64,000 nt of DNA from positions 2,336,001 to 2,400,000 of the forward strand of contig CAWCKH010000004.1 of NCBI GenBank assembly GCA_963796055.1, in the 5' to 3' direction. Made by a program: the position numbers and the translations under genes. The stretch is from an uncultured delta proteobacterium. Its GTDB lineage: Bacteria > Myxococcota > Myxococcia > Myxococcales > Myxococcaceae. Below are positions 50,028-59,001 of this stretch, piece by piece. Under the pieces are notes generated by a model. It did no database searches. It had not been told where the DNA came from and saw only the letters and a program-made list of their open reading frames with translations. Numbering within the stretch: position 1 is the first letter of the stretch; the number at the start of each line of letters is the position of its first letter.

Positions 50028-51230
50028 TCAGGGCTCCGACTGCCGGAGTGCTTCCCGGGAGCGGAACGGCTGGCGCTGCGTTCGTCGCCCCTGGCGAACC
50101 GCGGTCTCGAACATCACCAGCTCGCCGATGTTCTCCGGGGTGACGATTCCGAGGACTTCCTTGTCCACCGTGACCACGAGGGTGGACGGCTCGTGCTGGC
50201 CGAACCTGCTCAGCGCGCGTTCGAGCATCTCTCCGGGCTCGGCCGTTCCGAAGTCACGGTGCATGAAGTCCTCGACGGGAGCGGTCTTCCCGGCCTCGGC
50301 CAGGCCACGGACGAGATCGGCTCGGGTCAGGACCCCGACTGCTCGATGCTCCTCGACGACTGGAAAGTCCTGCTGGAACCCAGCCAGGGTCAGCTCCACG
50401 GCTCTGGAGAGAGGCTCCCGACGTCCGACGACCTGAAAGTCGGTGATCATCGCGTTCTGGACGGGCACGCCAGCGAGGGCCGATCTCAGCTGGACGAGCG
50501 AGGACTCATGCTGTGCGCCCATCCAGACGAAGAGCGCAATCAAGACCAGCACCGGATTGAACAGCAATCCGAGCAGCCCGAAGACCAGCGCGATGGCCTG
50601 TCCCAACCGAGCCGCCACCTCGGTTGCCCGGGCGTAGGGCATCCGCAGAGCAAGGGCTGCTCGAAGGACCCGTCCTCCATCCATGGGGAAGGCCGGGATC
50701 AGGTTGAAGACGGCCAGCGAGACGTTGATCCACATGAAGGTCGTGAGGAAGGGACCGCCGCCCGCTGACGCGCCCGAAAACCCCACCGGGCCGCCCGTGG
50801 CGCGGAGGATGCCGAATAGGCCCAGAGCGATGACCAGGTTGGTGAACGGACCGGCGAGGGCCACCAGCAGCTCTTGACCTGGCTTCTCGGGCAGTCTCTC
50901 TAGGCTCGAAACCCCACCGATCGGCAGCAGGATGATCTCTCGAGTCCGGATGCCGAACCGACGAGCGGTCAGCGCATGGCTGAGCTCGTGGAGGACGACG
51001 GTGCCGAAGACGGCCACGATGAGGCCCAGACCGCGAAGCGCCGCCTGGACTCCCCCCTGCAGCAGTGAGGTGAGCCCCACCCAGAGCAGCAGGAGGAAGA
51101 ACGTGGCATGAACATAGAGGGTGATGCCAAAGGGTCGGCCGATCTTCCAGGACCAGCGCCGTCGCGACCCGTCCAGGGCCGGTTCTTGGAGCCCGCTCGT
51201 TTCTTTGCCTGGTGGTTCGCTGCCGGTCAC
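50028..51230 (-). CDS. Site-2 protease (M50) with CBS domains
   Basis: LHELSH, LLPIGG, AGP, FNLIPAFPMDGGR, C-terminal CBS pair. Confidence 0.93.
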   Translation of the reverse strand: MTGSEPPGKETSGLQEPALDGSRRRWSWKIGRPFGITLYVHATFFLLLLWVGLTSLLQGGVQAALRGLGLIVAVFGTVVLHELSHALTARRFGIRTREIILLPIGGVSSLERLPEKPGQELLVALAGPFTNLVIALGLFGILRATGGPVGFSGASAGGGPFLTTFMWINVSLAVFNLIPAFPMDGGRVLRAALALRMPYARATEVAARLGQAIALVFGLLGLLFNPVLVLIALFVWMGAQHESSLVQLRSALAGVPVQNAMITDFQVVGRREPLSRAVELTLAGFQQDFPVVEEHRAVGVLTRADLVRGLAEAGKTAPVEDFMHRDFGTAEPGEMLERALSRFGQHEPSTLVVTVDKEVLGIVTPENIGELVMFETAVRQGRRTQRQPFRSREALRQSEP

Positions 51231-51619
51231 GGTCCAAACGCCTGACGGGATGCGCGGAGAAAATCCGTTTCGGTCACGATGCCCATCAAGTGCCCATCGC
51301 TGCCAACGACGGGGAGCGACCCGATCTGGTTGTCCAGAAGCAGGTCGATCGCGGTATGGGCCGGTGTGTCAGCCGTGACCGTGACCAGCTTCCTGGTCAT
51401 GTACTCGCCGACGCGCACCCGTTTCTTGCCCTTCGCCAATGCCTGGAGCACGTCCCGCGCCGACAGGATCCCGACGAGGTTGCCCTTCTCGTCGACGACG
51501 GGGACGTGCCGCATCCCCCCCAGCTTCATCTCCGCCTCGGCGGCACCGACCGAATCGCTGTCGCGAACAGTGACCAGCGCGGTCGACATCAGGCTCTCGA
51601 CCTTCATCGTGGCTGCCAT
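51227..51619 (-). CDS. CBS-pair domain protein
   Basis: MKV..LM, RHVPVVD, GILSARD, IGSLPVV, GIVTETD. Confidence 0.9.
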   Translation of the reverse strand: MAATMKVESLMSTALVTVRDSDSVGAAEAEMKLGGMRHVPVVDEKGNLVGILSARDVLQALAKGKKRVRVGEYMTRKLVTVTADTPAHTAIDLLLDNQIGSLPVVGSDGHLMGIVTETDFLRASRQAFGP

Positions 51620-51632
51620 GGTGTTCTCCGAG

Positions 51633-51774
51633 TGCAAGACAAGGACCCATCCCTGCGCTGAGCGGCCCAGCGGGGATGTGACTGGCCGCGCAAAGCTTGC
51701 GCGTCTAGTGATCCCTCTGAGAGGCCGCGCGGAGTGACCCCAGCGAGTGCTGGTCCGTGGCGCAGGTCTTGCCT
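51633..51774 (-). promoter_or_regulatory. Sigma54 promoter plus enhancer palindromes
   Basis: Minus GGGTCCTTGTCTTGCA (51648-51633); perfect GCGCA-AAGCT-TGCGC (51688-51702); GCGCA-GGTCT-TGCCT (51760-51774). Confidence 0.7.
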
Positions 51775-51819
51775 GGAAACGGTTGCGGCTCGAATCGAGC
51801 TGGCGCGCGCGGCGCGGGA

Positions 51820-51973
51820 CGCGCTCTTCCTCCCCCGGCGCGCCCACGGTGCCGAGTCCCGCGTTGGGGCCAGCTGCACAGGAAGCGGCCCAGAGACAGA
51901 GCAGGGCGAGACAGAGGAGCAGGGCGCGTGACCGGCGCTCTGGGAAGCCGCCCGATGCAGGTCTGGTGTTCAT
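51820..51973 (-). pseudogene. Probable truncated lipoprotein gene (N-terminus only)
   Basis: ATG 51973, hydrophobic stretch and WAASC lipobox then AAGPN; coding signal fades into the promoter region; 3' boundary approximate. Confidence 0.35.
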
Positions 51974-51987
51974 GCCTGATCTCGGTC

Positions 51988-53742
51988 TCAGAGCGACGCT
52001 CTGAGCTCGTTGGGCGTGCCGAGGTGACGGTGCCCGTGCAGCCTCCCCTCGAGCTGTCGCAGACCAAGCGTGTTCAGGACGTCTCCGCGCTCGAGCCACC
52101 CGCGGCGAGCCATCCAGACCCCATAGCGTAGGTTGCCCAGCTGGCTGGCGTGGTGGGCGTCGGTGGAAATGACCATGGCGACACCCGCCTCCTTGGCCAG
52201 CCGGCAATGCTTGTCATCGAGGTCCAGTCGCTCCGGCATGGCGTTGACTTCGAGCGCCACCCGTTGCTCGCGGGCGACCTCCAGCACCTTCTCGAAGTCG
52301 AAGGCATAGGCGTCCCGCAGCCCGAGCTGACGTCCGCTGGGGTGCCCGAGCACGTCGACGACCCCCGAGCGCATCGCGGCGATCATCCGCTGGGTGATCT
52401 TCCTGGGTGGGTCGGTGAAATGAGAATGGATGCTGGCCACGACGCAGTCGAGCCCGCGCAGGACGTCGAGCGGCAGGTCCAGCGTTCCGTCCTGGAGGAT
52501 GTCCACCTCGACCCCGGTCAGCAGGCCAGGCGCATCCTTTCGTTGCAGACCGAAGCGCTTGATCGCGAGCGCGTGTGCGCGCATCTGGGCAGGGCCGAGA
52601 CCGAGCGGCCGCGACTTCGAGTGATCGGTGATCGCCAGGTACTCCCGCCCGAGGCGTCCTGCCTCCTTGCAGAGCTCCTCGAGAGACGAGTGGCCATCGG
52701 AGGAGGCCTCGGAGTGGACGTGCAGGTCTCCTCGGACGTCCTTCTCCTCGATCAGCCGGGGCAGGCGTCCCTCCTCCGCGGCCTCGAGCTCGCCCGCGCC
52801 TTCACGCAGCTCGGGCGGAATCCAGGGCAGCCCCACCGCCCGGTAGACGTCCTGTTCGGTTTCGCCTCCGAGCCGCTTCCCTTGGCGGTCGAAGACGCCG
52901 TACTCGCTGAGCTTGAGGCCACGCCGCATGGCCCGGGTCCGAAGCTCGATGTTGTGGGCCTTGCTGCCGGTGAAGTAGTGCAACGCAGCTCCGAACGACT
53001 CGGGTGGCAGGATCCGCAGATCGGCCTGGAGCCCGCTCTTGAGACGGGCGGTGCACTTGGTCGGGCCAGTCGCGGTCAGTGCCTCCACTTCGGGCGCGTC
53101 CCGGAACGCGCGGATGACCTCGTCCGCGCTCGCGGCCGAGACCAGGAGATCGATGTCTCCGATCGTCTCCCGTCTGCGACGGATGCTGCCGGCCACCTCG
53201 GCGGCGCGGACGTGCGGCACCTTGCGCAGCCGCTCCGCAATCGACTCCGCGGTCGCCAGCGCTCGATGGAGGGGAACTCTGCCCTTGCGTGCCTGGTATC
53301 GACCCAGCGCGAGCAGGATCGCCGCCACCCTCTTGGCTCCCATCCGGGGAAGCCTCTCCATCGACCCGTCCCGGCACGCCTTCTCCAGGGCCGCGAGCTC
53401 CTTCACGTGCAGTCGCTTCCAGGCCAGAGAAGCCGTCTTCGGACCGATTCCCTCCACCCTCAAGAGCTCCAGCACCCCCGGGGGGACCTTCGCCAGCAGC
53501 TGGTCGTGCTCGCGAAAGCGACCGGTGCTCAGCAGCTCCTCGATGTGCGCGGCGATGCGTTCGCCGATCGAGGGAAGCTCGGTCAGCTTCCCCTCTCGCC
53601 ACAGCTCGGAGACGGGGGTGGGGAGGAGATCCACGATCTGTGCGGCCTGCCGATACGCGCGTGCCTTGAAAGCGTTTCCGCCGGTCAGCTCGAGCAGATC
53701 GGCCACCTCGGCGAGGACCTGGGCAACGTCGGCGTTCTCCAT
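51988..53742 (-). CDS. polX: DNA polymerase X / PHP 3'-5' exonuclease
   Basis: N.FKARAY, AGSIRRRRETIGDIDLL, ADLR, HYFTGSKAHN; PHP DLHVHS, TDHS, GHP.GR, STDAH. Confidence 0.96.
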   Translation of the reverse strand: MENADVAQVLAEVADLLELTGGNAFKARAYRQAAQIVDLLPTPVSELWREGKLTELPSIGERIAAHIEELLSTGRFREHDQLLAKVPPGVLELLRVEGIGPKTASLAWKRLHVKELAALEKACRDGSMERLPRMGAKRVAAILLALGRYQARKGRVPLHRALATAESIAERLRKVPHVRAAEVAGSIRRRRETIGDIDLLVSAASADEVIRAFRDAPEVEALTATGPTKCTARLKSGLQADLRILPPESFGAALHYFTGSKAHNIELRTRAMRRGLKLSEYGVFDRQGKRLGGETEQDVYRAVGLPWIPPELREGAGELEAAEEGRLPRLIEEKDVRGDLHVHSEASSDGHSSLEELCKEAGRLGREYLAITDHSKSRPLGLGPAQMRAHALAIKRFGLQRKDAPGLLTGVEVDILQDGTLDLPLDVLRGLDCVVASIHSHFTDPPRKITQRMIAAMRSGVVDVLGHPSGRQLGLRDAYAFDFEKVLEVAREQRVALEVNAMPERLDLDDKHCRLAKEAGVAMVISTDAHHASQLGNLRYGVWMARRGWLERGDVLNTLGLRQLEGRLHGHRHLGTPNELRASL

Positions 53743-53768
53743 CGACGGAGGCCTCCATCTCTCGGCCC

Positions 53769-53878
53769 TGCAAACACGGCACCATCCGGATGCGGGTCCC
53801 GGTCAGTGGAGTGGCAGTGCAGGATCTGCGCAGGGTACCGCCCTCGACGGCTCAGCTCGCCGGGGAGGGTTTCTTGCA
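53769..53878. promoter_or_regulatory. Divergent sigma54 promoters sharing one enhancer palindrome
   Basis: Minus TGGTGCCGTGTTTGCA (53784-53769); GTGCA-GGATC-TGCGC (53817-53831); plus GGGAGGGTTTCTTGCA (53863-53878). Confidence 0.7.
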
Positions 53879-53914
53879 CGTCTTCCGACGGAACCCTCAC
53901 CCGGGAGGTCCGCA

Positions 53915-54502
53915 ATGCAGGTGCCTCTCCAAATCAGTCATCTTCACGCTGCTCCCTCGGAACCACTCGACAAGCTCATCCGGGAGCGAGCGGCCGAGCT
54001 GGAGCAGTTCTATCCACGCATTACCGGCTGCCATGTCTGGATCGAGCACCCCGGTCAGCACCATCGAAGAGGCAAGGGCGCGCACTTTCGGGTGCGCATC
54101 GAGCTCTCCGTTCCCAGCAAGAAGCTCGTCGTCTCCCGGGACCCGGCGGCTCATCGGCCCAACGAGGATGTGTACCTGGCGACGAGCGAGGCCTTTCACG
54201 AGATGCGCCGGCAGCTCCAGGATTACGCGCGCCTGCAACGTGGCGACGTGAAGGCCAGCATCCGGCCTCCGCATGCCCGAGTGGCGCGGCTGCATCCCGA
54301 AGAGGGCTTCGGGTTTCTGGAGACTGCCGACGGGCGCGAGATCTACTTCCATCGTGCCAGCGTGCTGGGCGGTGGATTCGATCGGCTCACCGTCGGGAGC
54401 GAGGTTCGGTTCTCCGAGGAGCCCGGTGAGAAGGGTCCACAAGCGAGCTCGGTTCAGCTGGCGGGGGAGGCCCACGCGCCCGGGGATGAACCGGGGAGCT
54501 GA
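53915..54502 (+). CDS. HPF/RaiA ribosome-associated protein fused to cold-shock domain
   Basis: MQVPLQI...I..C.V..E....H....F.VRI; C-terminal GFGFLET.DGREIYFH.....F..L..G..V.F..E.GEKGPQA. Confidence 0.88.
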   Translation: MQVPLQISHLHAAPSEPLDKLIRERAAELEQFYPRITGCHVWIEHPGQHHRRGKGAHFRVRIELSVPSKKLVVSRDPAAHRPNEDVYLATSEAFHEMRRQLQDYARLQRGDVKASIRPPHARVARLHPEEGFGFLETADGREIYFHRASVLGGGFDRLTVGSEVRFSEEPGEKGPQASSVQLAGEAHAPGDEPGS

Positions 54503-54554
54503 AGCGAGCCTCCACATCGCCCCAGCGCGGCGCGCCAGCGGCCACCGCCCGTCA

Positions 54555-56532
54555 TCACTTCATCGGGTGAGCACGGCGCCCCGCAGAGCCTTCGAGGGGA
54601 AGAGGGTGCACCCCTTGAGGCCCTTTCTGTTCGCCAGGTCGAAGAGGGGTTCCACCCCGCTGCTCACGTTGCCGGCCAGAAGGCTGATGGTCCGGGTCCC
54701 GCTGGAGGGGCGTGGGCCGCGTAGGAGGCCTGACTCCCGGAGCGGGTCGACGATGGGGCGGGGGATTCCCTGATGAGTGCTGCGCGCGCTGGCCGGAGTG
54801 CCGCGCCCTCCCTGCTCGCTGCCGGTACATCTCGAGGATCTCCTCATCCGTGGTCGCGTCCTGCGGCCCCTTGTCCGGGCGCCAGCGGCCGGTGAAGCGC
54901 GGGAACCGCAGGGCGAGCCCCATCCCCTCGGGAAGCTCCGCCCGGCCCGCGGTGTGTGTCGGGCTGCGGGTGATCTCCCCGCCGAGCACCTCCAGAACCA
55001 CCACCGGTTCGAACCAGACGTCGGCCTTCAAGCTCCAGTCCAATCGAGGATCGGGTTCCGCTCGCTCGTATCGGCGCATCCGTCGCGGAAGCGCGGCCAG
55101 CTCCTCGTCGCTGAACCCTGTTCCGCACTTGCAGACCGTGCGAAAGACGTCGCTTCGCGGATCGTAGGAGGCCAGGAGAAGTGCACCGTACGTGCCGGCT
55201 CGTCGACCCTTCCCGTGGAGTGCCCCCACCACCACCAGGTCGAGCGGTTCCTTCATCTCGGCCCGGTATTCCCGCTTGAGCTTGATCCACTGCCAGCCCC
55301 GGGCCCCGGCGCGGTACGTCCCCTCGGCGTCCTTGCAGACCAGGCCTTCACATCCAGCGCGGAGCGCTTGATGAAAGAACGCGTCGAGCTCCTCGGGCGT
55401 GTGAGCCTCGCGGCTGGTGGCGAGGCGAACCTCATTCCCGAGGACCAGCAGACGCTCGAGCTCTCTACGCCGGATCCGGAGCGGACTCGAGGTGAGGTCC
55501 TTGCCGTCGACCAGCAGCACGTCGAAGAGGAACAAGACCGTCGGGATCCGCTCCACGGCCTCGGCGACGCCATGCTTCCGTCGCCGCGGCATCAGCTGCT
55601 GGAAGGGGAGCAACCTCCCCGTCTTCCGGTCGACGGCCACGACCTCGCCCTCGACGATCAGCTGTCTCGCTCCAAGTGAGCGGCGGGCCGCATCCACGAC
55701 GTCCGGGTACTGCTCGGTGACCCTCTCCAGACGTCGGGAGATGAGCTCGACGTGCTCGCCGTTGCGATGGATCTGGAGCCGTTCGCCGTCGTACTTGTAC
55801 TCGGCAATGCAGCGATTGCCGAGCTTGGCGACGATGTCCTCCACGCTGTACAGGCGCTCGGCGAGCATCGGACGGATGGGCTTGTCGACCGTGGCTCGGA
55901 TCTCCTCCAGCGCCCGTGGCCCCCGCTCCGCAAGGGCCCTCGCCGCGGAGGCGAGATTCTGCGGTCAAGTTGTAGGCCCGCTCCGCGTTCGCCGGCGGTG
56001 CACCGAAGGCCTCGACCAGACCCTCGAGCACGGTGGCATCGCCCACGCCGATCCGGAGCCGCCCGGTCACCGTCCGCAGCAGATAGCGCGCCTCCAGAGG
56101 GGTGGCTCTGGTGAGAAGCGCGCGCAGGAGATCCAGCTTCAGCGACTGGGAGCCCTTTCCGGCCAGCAGTGCGATGCGCTCGAAGGACCCGTAGACCTCC
56201 TCGACCGAGAGCGGCGGGGCAACGGCCTGGTGGGCTTGCATCAAGTGCTGGGCGGCGTCGCCCAGATCTCCCCGGCGCCGAGCCTCACGGGAGACCGCCA
56301 GGTCCGAGGTCCCCGCAGCTGCCGCCACTGCCCGGAGCGCCAGCTTCTCGCCCAGCCCGAGTTCCACTCCTTCCCAGTCGGGCCTCAGCTTGCCCTGAAT
56401 CAGGAAGACGACCTTGGCGATGACCCGAGCCGGTGTGTGGGCGAGGAGGCGCGCCAGCTCGGCGGTGACCTGCAGCCGGGAGCCAGTGCTCTCGATCCGG
56501 GAGTAGACCTCGGTGAGACTCCTGTAGAGCAT
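54555..56532 (-). pseudogene. lig: ATP-dependent DNA ligase (archaeal/eukaryal ligase I type), one +1 frameshift
   Basis: DBD from ATG 56532; extra A at 55957-55958; then IRPMLAER, EYKYDGER, EGLVCK, WIKLKREY, LRFPRF; 3' end runs on over the nrdJ remnant. Confidence 0.9.
54560..54771 (-). pseudogene. nrdJ: Remnant of class II ribonucleotide reductase
   Basis: TISLLAGNVSSGVEPLF joined directly to GLKGCTLF....GAVL-stop; large internal deletion. Confidence 0.7.
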
Positions 56533-56556
56533 CGGTCGACCTTCAGAGCTGACGCG

Positions 56557-56705
56557 TGCATGGGGCGCGCCGGAACACCGGATGCGCCGATGAAGTCTGC
56601 CCGCAGAGATTGCGCGAACAGCACGGGAGGATTCGGGGTCGAATTCAGCTCTGCCGCTGCAGACGGAGGCATCGCTCACGCGTCCAAGTTGGAACGATCG
56701 TTGCT
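56557..56705. promoter_or_regulatory. Divergent sigma54 promoters (lig / hsp20) with enhancer palindrome
   Basis: Minus CGGCGCGCCCCATGCA (56572-56557); CCGCA-GAGAT-TGCGC (56601-56615); plus TGGAACGATCGTTGCT (56690-56705). Confidence 0.75.
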
Positions 56706-56751
56706 CCTCGCTGATTGCCCGGATTGGCACGGGCCTCACAAGGAGTGATTT

Positions 56752-57243
56752 ATGTCCAGCATCACTGTGCGCCGGGAAGGCGGCGCGAAGCATCCGGCCC
56801 CCGTCGTCTCCACGCCCGATTTCTTCAGCCCGATTCGCGACCTCATCGAGCCGTTCAAGCGGCTGGCCCTCGCACCCTTCGGCGACTTTCGGTTCGTCTC
56901 GTTCGTTCCAGCCTTCGAGATCAAGGAGACCAAGGAAGGCTATCTGTTCACGGCCGACGTCCCGGGCGTGGAGCAAGCGAATCTCGAGATCTCCGTGACC
57001 GGCAATCGACTCACGGTGAGCGGGAAGCGCGAGGAGGCGAAGGAGGAACGCGGCGAGAGCTTCTACGCCTGCGAGCGCAGCTACGGAAGCTTCACCCGTT
57101 CCTTCAGCCTGCCGGAGGGAAGCGACGTGGAACACATCCACGCGGATCTGAAGGCAGGCGTCCTGACCATCAGCGTTCCGAAGAATCCGGAGATCAAGAC
57201 CAAGAAGGTCGAGATCAAGGCGGAGCAGGCGGCCAAGGCCTGA
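56752..57243 (+). CDS. Hsp20/alpha-crystallin small heat-shock protein
   Basis: P.FEIKET, ADVPGV, L.VSGKR, ERSYGSF.RSF.LP, GVLTI.VPK, VEI. Confidence 0.95.
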   Translation: MSSITVRREGGAKHPAPVVSTPDFFSPIRDLIEPFKRLALAPFGDFRFVSFVPAFEIKETKEGYLFTADVPGVEQANLEISVTGNRLTVSGKREEAKEERGESFYACERSYGSFTRSFSLPEGSDVEHIHADLKAGVLTISVPKNPEIKTKKVEIKAEQAAKA

Positions 57244-57300
57244 GGAAGAGGAGTGTAGGGGACCGGTCGGGAGGTACACCTCGACGAACTCGGAGCGCTG

Positions 57301-58200
57301 ATGAGGAAGAGCATCGTCTGTGGGCCGGAGATGGCCCACATGGGTTCGGCACTCGCCCGTGAGCTCGGCGAGCCACTCTGTCAGGCGATGGTCGAACATT
57401 TCCCTGACGGGGAGCTGCACGTCGTCTTGCCCGAGCGGGTGGCTGGACACGAGGTGTTCCTGGTCCAGTCCCTCGTTTCACCAGCGGGGGAGCGGCTCAT
57501 CGAGCTGAGCCTGCTTGCCGACGCCTGTCGGCGCGCGCGCGCCAGCAGTCTGACGTTGTTCCTCCCGTACTTTGCCTACGCGCGGCAGGATCGGTGTACC
57601 CGAGACGGCGAGGCGCTCGGTGGAGAGGTGCTGGCGGGGCTCGTCTCCAGAGCGGGTTTCGACCGGATCCTCGCCGTCGACCTTCACTCCGACGCGGCCC
57701 TGGGCTGGTTCCGAGCACCGCTGCAGCACCTGAGCGTGGTGACCGACCTGGCCGAGTCGCTGCGCGCGTCGTTGCCCTCGGCCTCAGTCGTGGTCTCACC
57801 GGACCTCGGAGGGGCGAAGCGGGCGGAGCGGGTGGCAAAGCGCCTCGAAAGACCGCTTGCGATCGTTCACAAGACTCGAGGCGAACGAGGGGTGGTGGTC
57901 CACCAGGTTCTGGGAGACGTGCGAGGTCGTGCCGTTCTCATCGTCGACGACCTCATCTCCACCGGAGGGACGATCGAGGCGGCGACCACGGCGCTGCGTC
58001 AGGCCCAGTGCGAACCGAGTGTCACGGTTCTGGCAACGCATGCCTTGCTCGTGGGCGATGCAGTCGACCGTCTCCGGAGGACCGGGATCAGGTGTCTCAT
58101 CCACTCAGATTCCGTACCCCCCAGGGCGCTCCCCTTTCCGGAGATCGCCGTGCCGCTCGCTCCGATCGTCGCCTCTGCCATCCGCCGCGACACCTTCTGA
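57301..58200 (+). CDS. prs: Ribose-phosphate pyrophosphokinase
   Basis: FPDGE, PYFAYARQDR, VDLHS, SPDLGG, IVDDLISTGGT, ATHA. Confidence 0.93.
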   Translation: MRKSIVCGPEMAHMGSALARELGEPLCQAMVEHFPDGELHVVLPERVAGHEVFLVQSLVSPAGERLIELSLLADACRRARASSLTLFLPYFAYARQDRCTRDGEALGGEVLAGLVSRAGFDRILAVDLHSDAALGWFRAPLQHLSVVTDLAESLRASLPSASVVVSPDLGGAKRAERVAKRLERPLAIVHKTRGERGVVVHQVLGDVRGRAVLIVDDLISTGGTIEAATTALRQAQCEPSVTVLATHALLVGDAVDRLRRTGIRCLIHSDSVPPRALPFPEIAVPLAPIVASAIRRDTF

Positions 58201-58230
58201 CGAAGTCCAGACGACGCATTCGTCCCGGCG

Positions 58231-58470
58231 TCACGCCCGGTCGCGCATCTCGCGGATTCCCTCGGCCGAAGCGCAATGGGCAGAGCAGAACATCTGGGTG
58301 CCCTTCTCCATGCCGTGGCCGAGGATCCGGACGTGGCAGTGGGCGCACCGCGGAGCGAGCGCTTCGATGGCGCACTCGAACGAGTCAAAGGTGTGAGTTT
58401 TCCCCTGGACGACGACCTGGAAGGCCTTGTCGTAGTCGTTCCTGCAGACCTCGCATTTCTGCGCTTGCAT
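58231..58470 (-). CDS. Small Cys/His-rich metal-binding protein (metallothionein-like)
   Basis: CEVC.NDYDK, FDSFECAI..LAP.C.HC...I.GHG.E.....FC..HCA. Confidence 0.8.
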   Translation of the reverse strand: MQAQKCEVCRNDYDKAFQVVVQGKTHTFDSFECAIEALAPRCAHCHVRILGHGMEKGTQMFCSAHCASAEGIREMRDRA

Positions 58471-58544
58471 GGTGATTCCTCTCTGTCACTCGGCCGCAAC
58501 CGGATGAACCGGCCCGGCCCTCGGCGACGAGCAGCTCCGGGGCC

Positions 58545-58815
58545 TCAGGCGCTCGGGCGAGGTGTCGGCACGCTCGACCGCGGTGCGCTGATTGCTGCAA
58601 CCGTCCCCGCCACTTCCTCGGGCGTGACCCCGTTGACGGTCTTGCTGCTCCGGAGGCGATGCGCGAGATCGTTCACGGTGACGATTCCCTTCAGGGCTCC
58701 CGTGCCGTCGACCACCGGGATGTCCTGTTCCCACATCTTCTTTCGCAGCCTGTTGCAGCGAATCCTCCGGCCGGCACGTGACCAGTCGCTTGCTCATGAT
58801 CTCCTCAACGCGCAT
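58545..58815 (-). pseudogene. Frameshifted, internally deleted CBS-domain gene
   Basis: GGAGG + MRVEEIMSK..VTC.PEDSL..AA; extra A at 58741-58743, then KMWEQD IPVVD..G..KGIVTVND. Confidence 0.75.
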
Positions 58816-58866
58816 GACGGACCTCCTTTTCCGGTCGTCAAGCGGGTGTACTGCTCCGCCATCGGT

Positions 58867-58961
58867 TGGCCTCCCGCATGCAGCGTCAACGGTGCAGCTC
58901 CAGCGGGTCCTGCGACCGCAAACCCTGCGGAGGAAGGGGTTATTTTCTGCAGAGATTGCGT
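58867..58961 (+). promoter_or_regulatory. Sigma54 promoter and two enhancer palindromes upstream of groEL
   Basis: TGGCCTCCCGCATGCA (58867-58882); CCGCA-AACCC-TGCGG (58916-58930); CTGCA-GAGAT-TGCGT (58947-58961). Confidence 0.6.
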
Positions 58962-59001
58962 TTCTTCTCCCCCGCACCGGAGTCGTGACCAGGTGTGAAT
59001 C

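Noticed and set aside
51227..52207. 326-aa lipoprotein-CBS fusion
   Set aside because: The middle of the frame crosses a promoter/enhancer region with no coding signal; the CBS gene has its own start at 51619/51607
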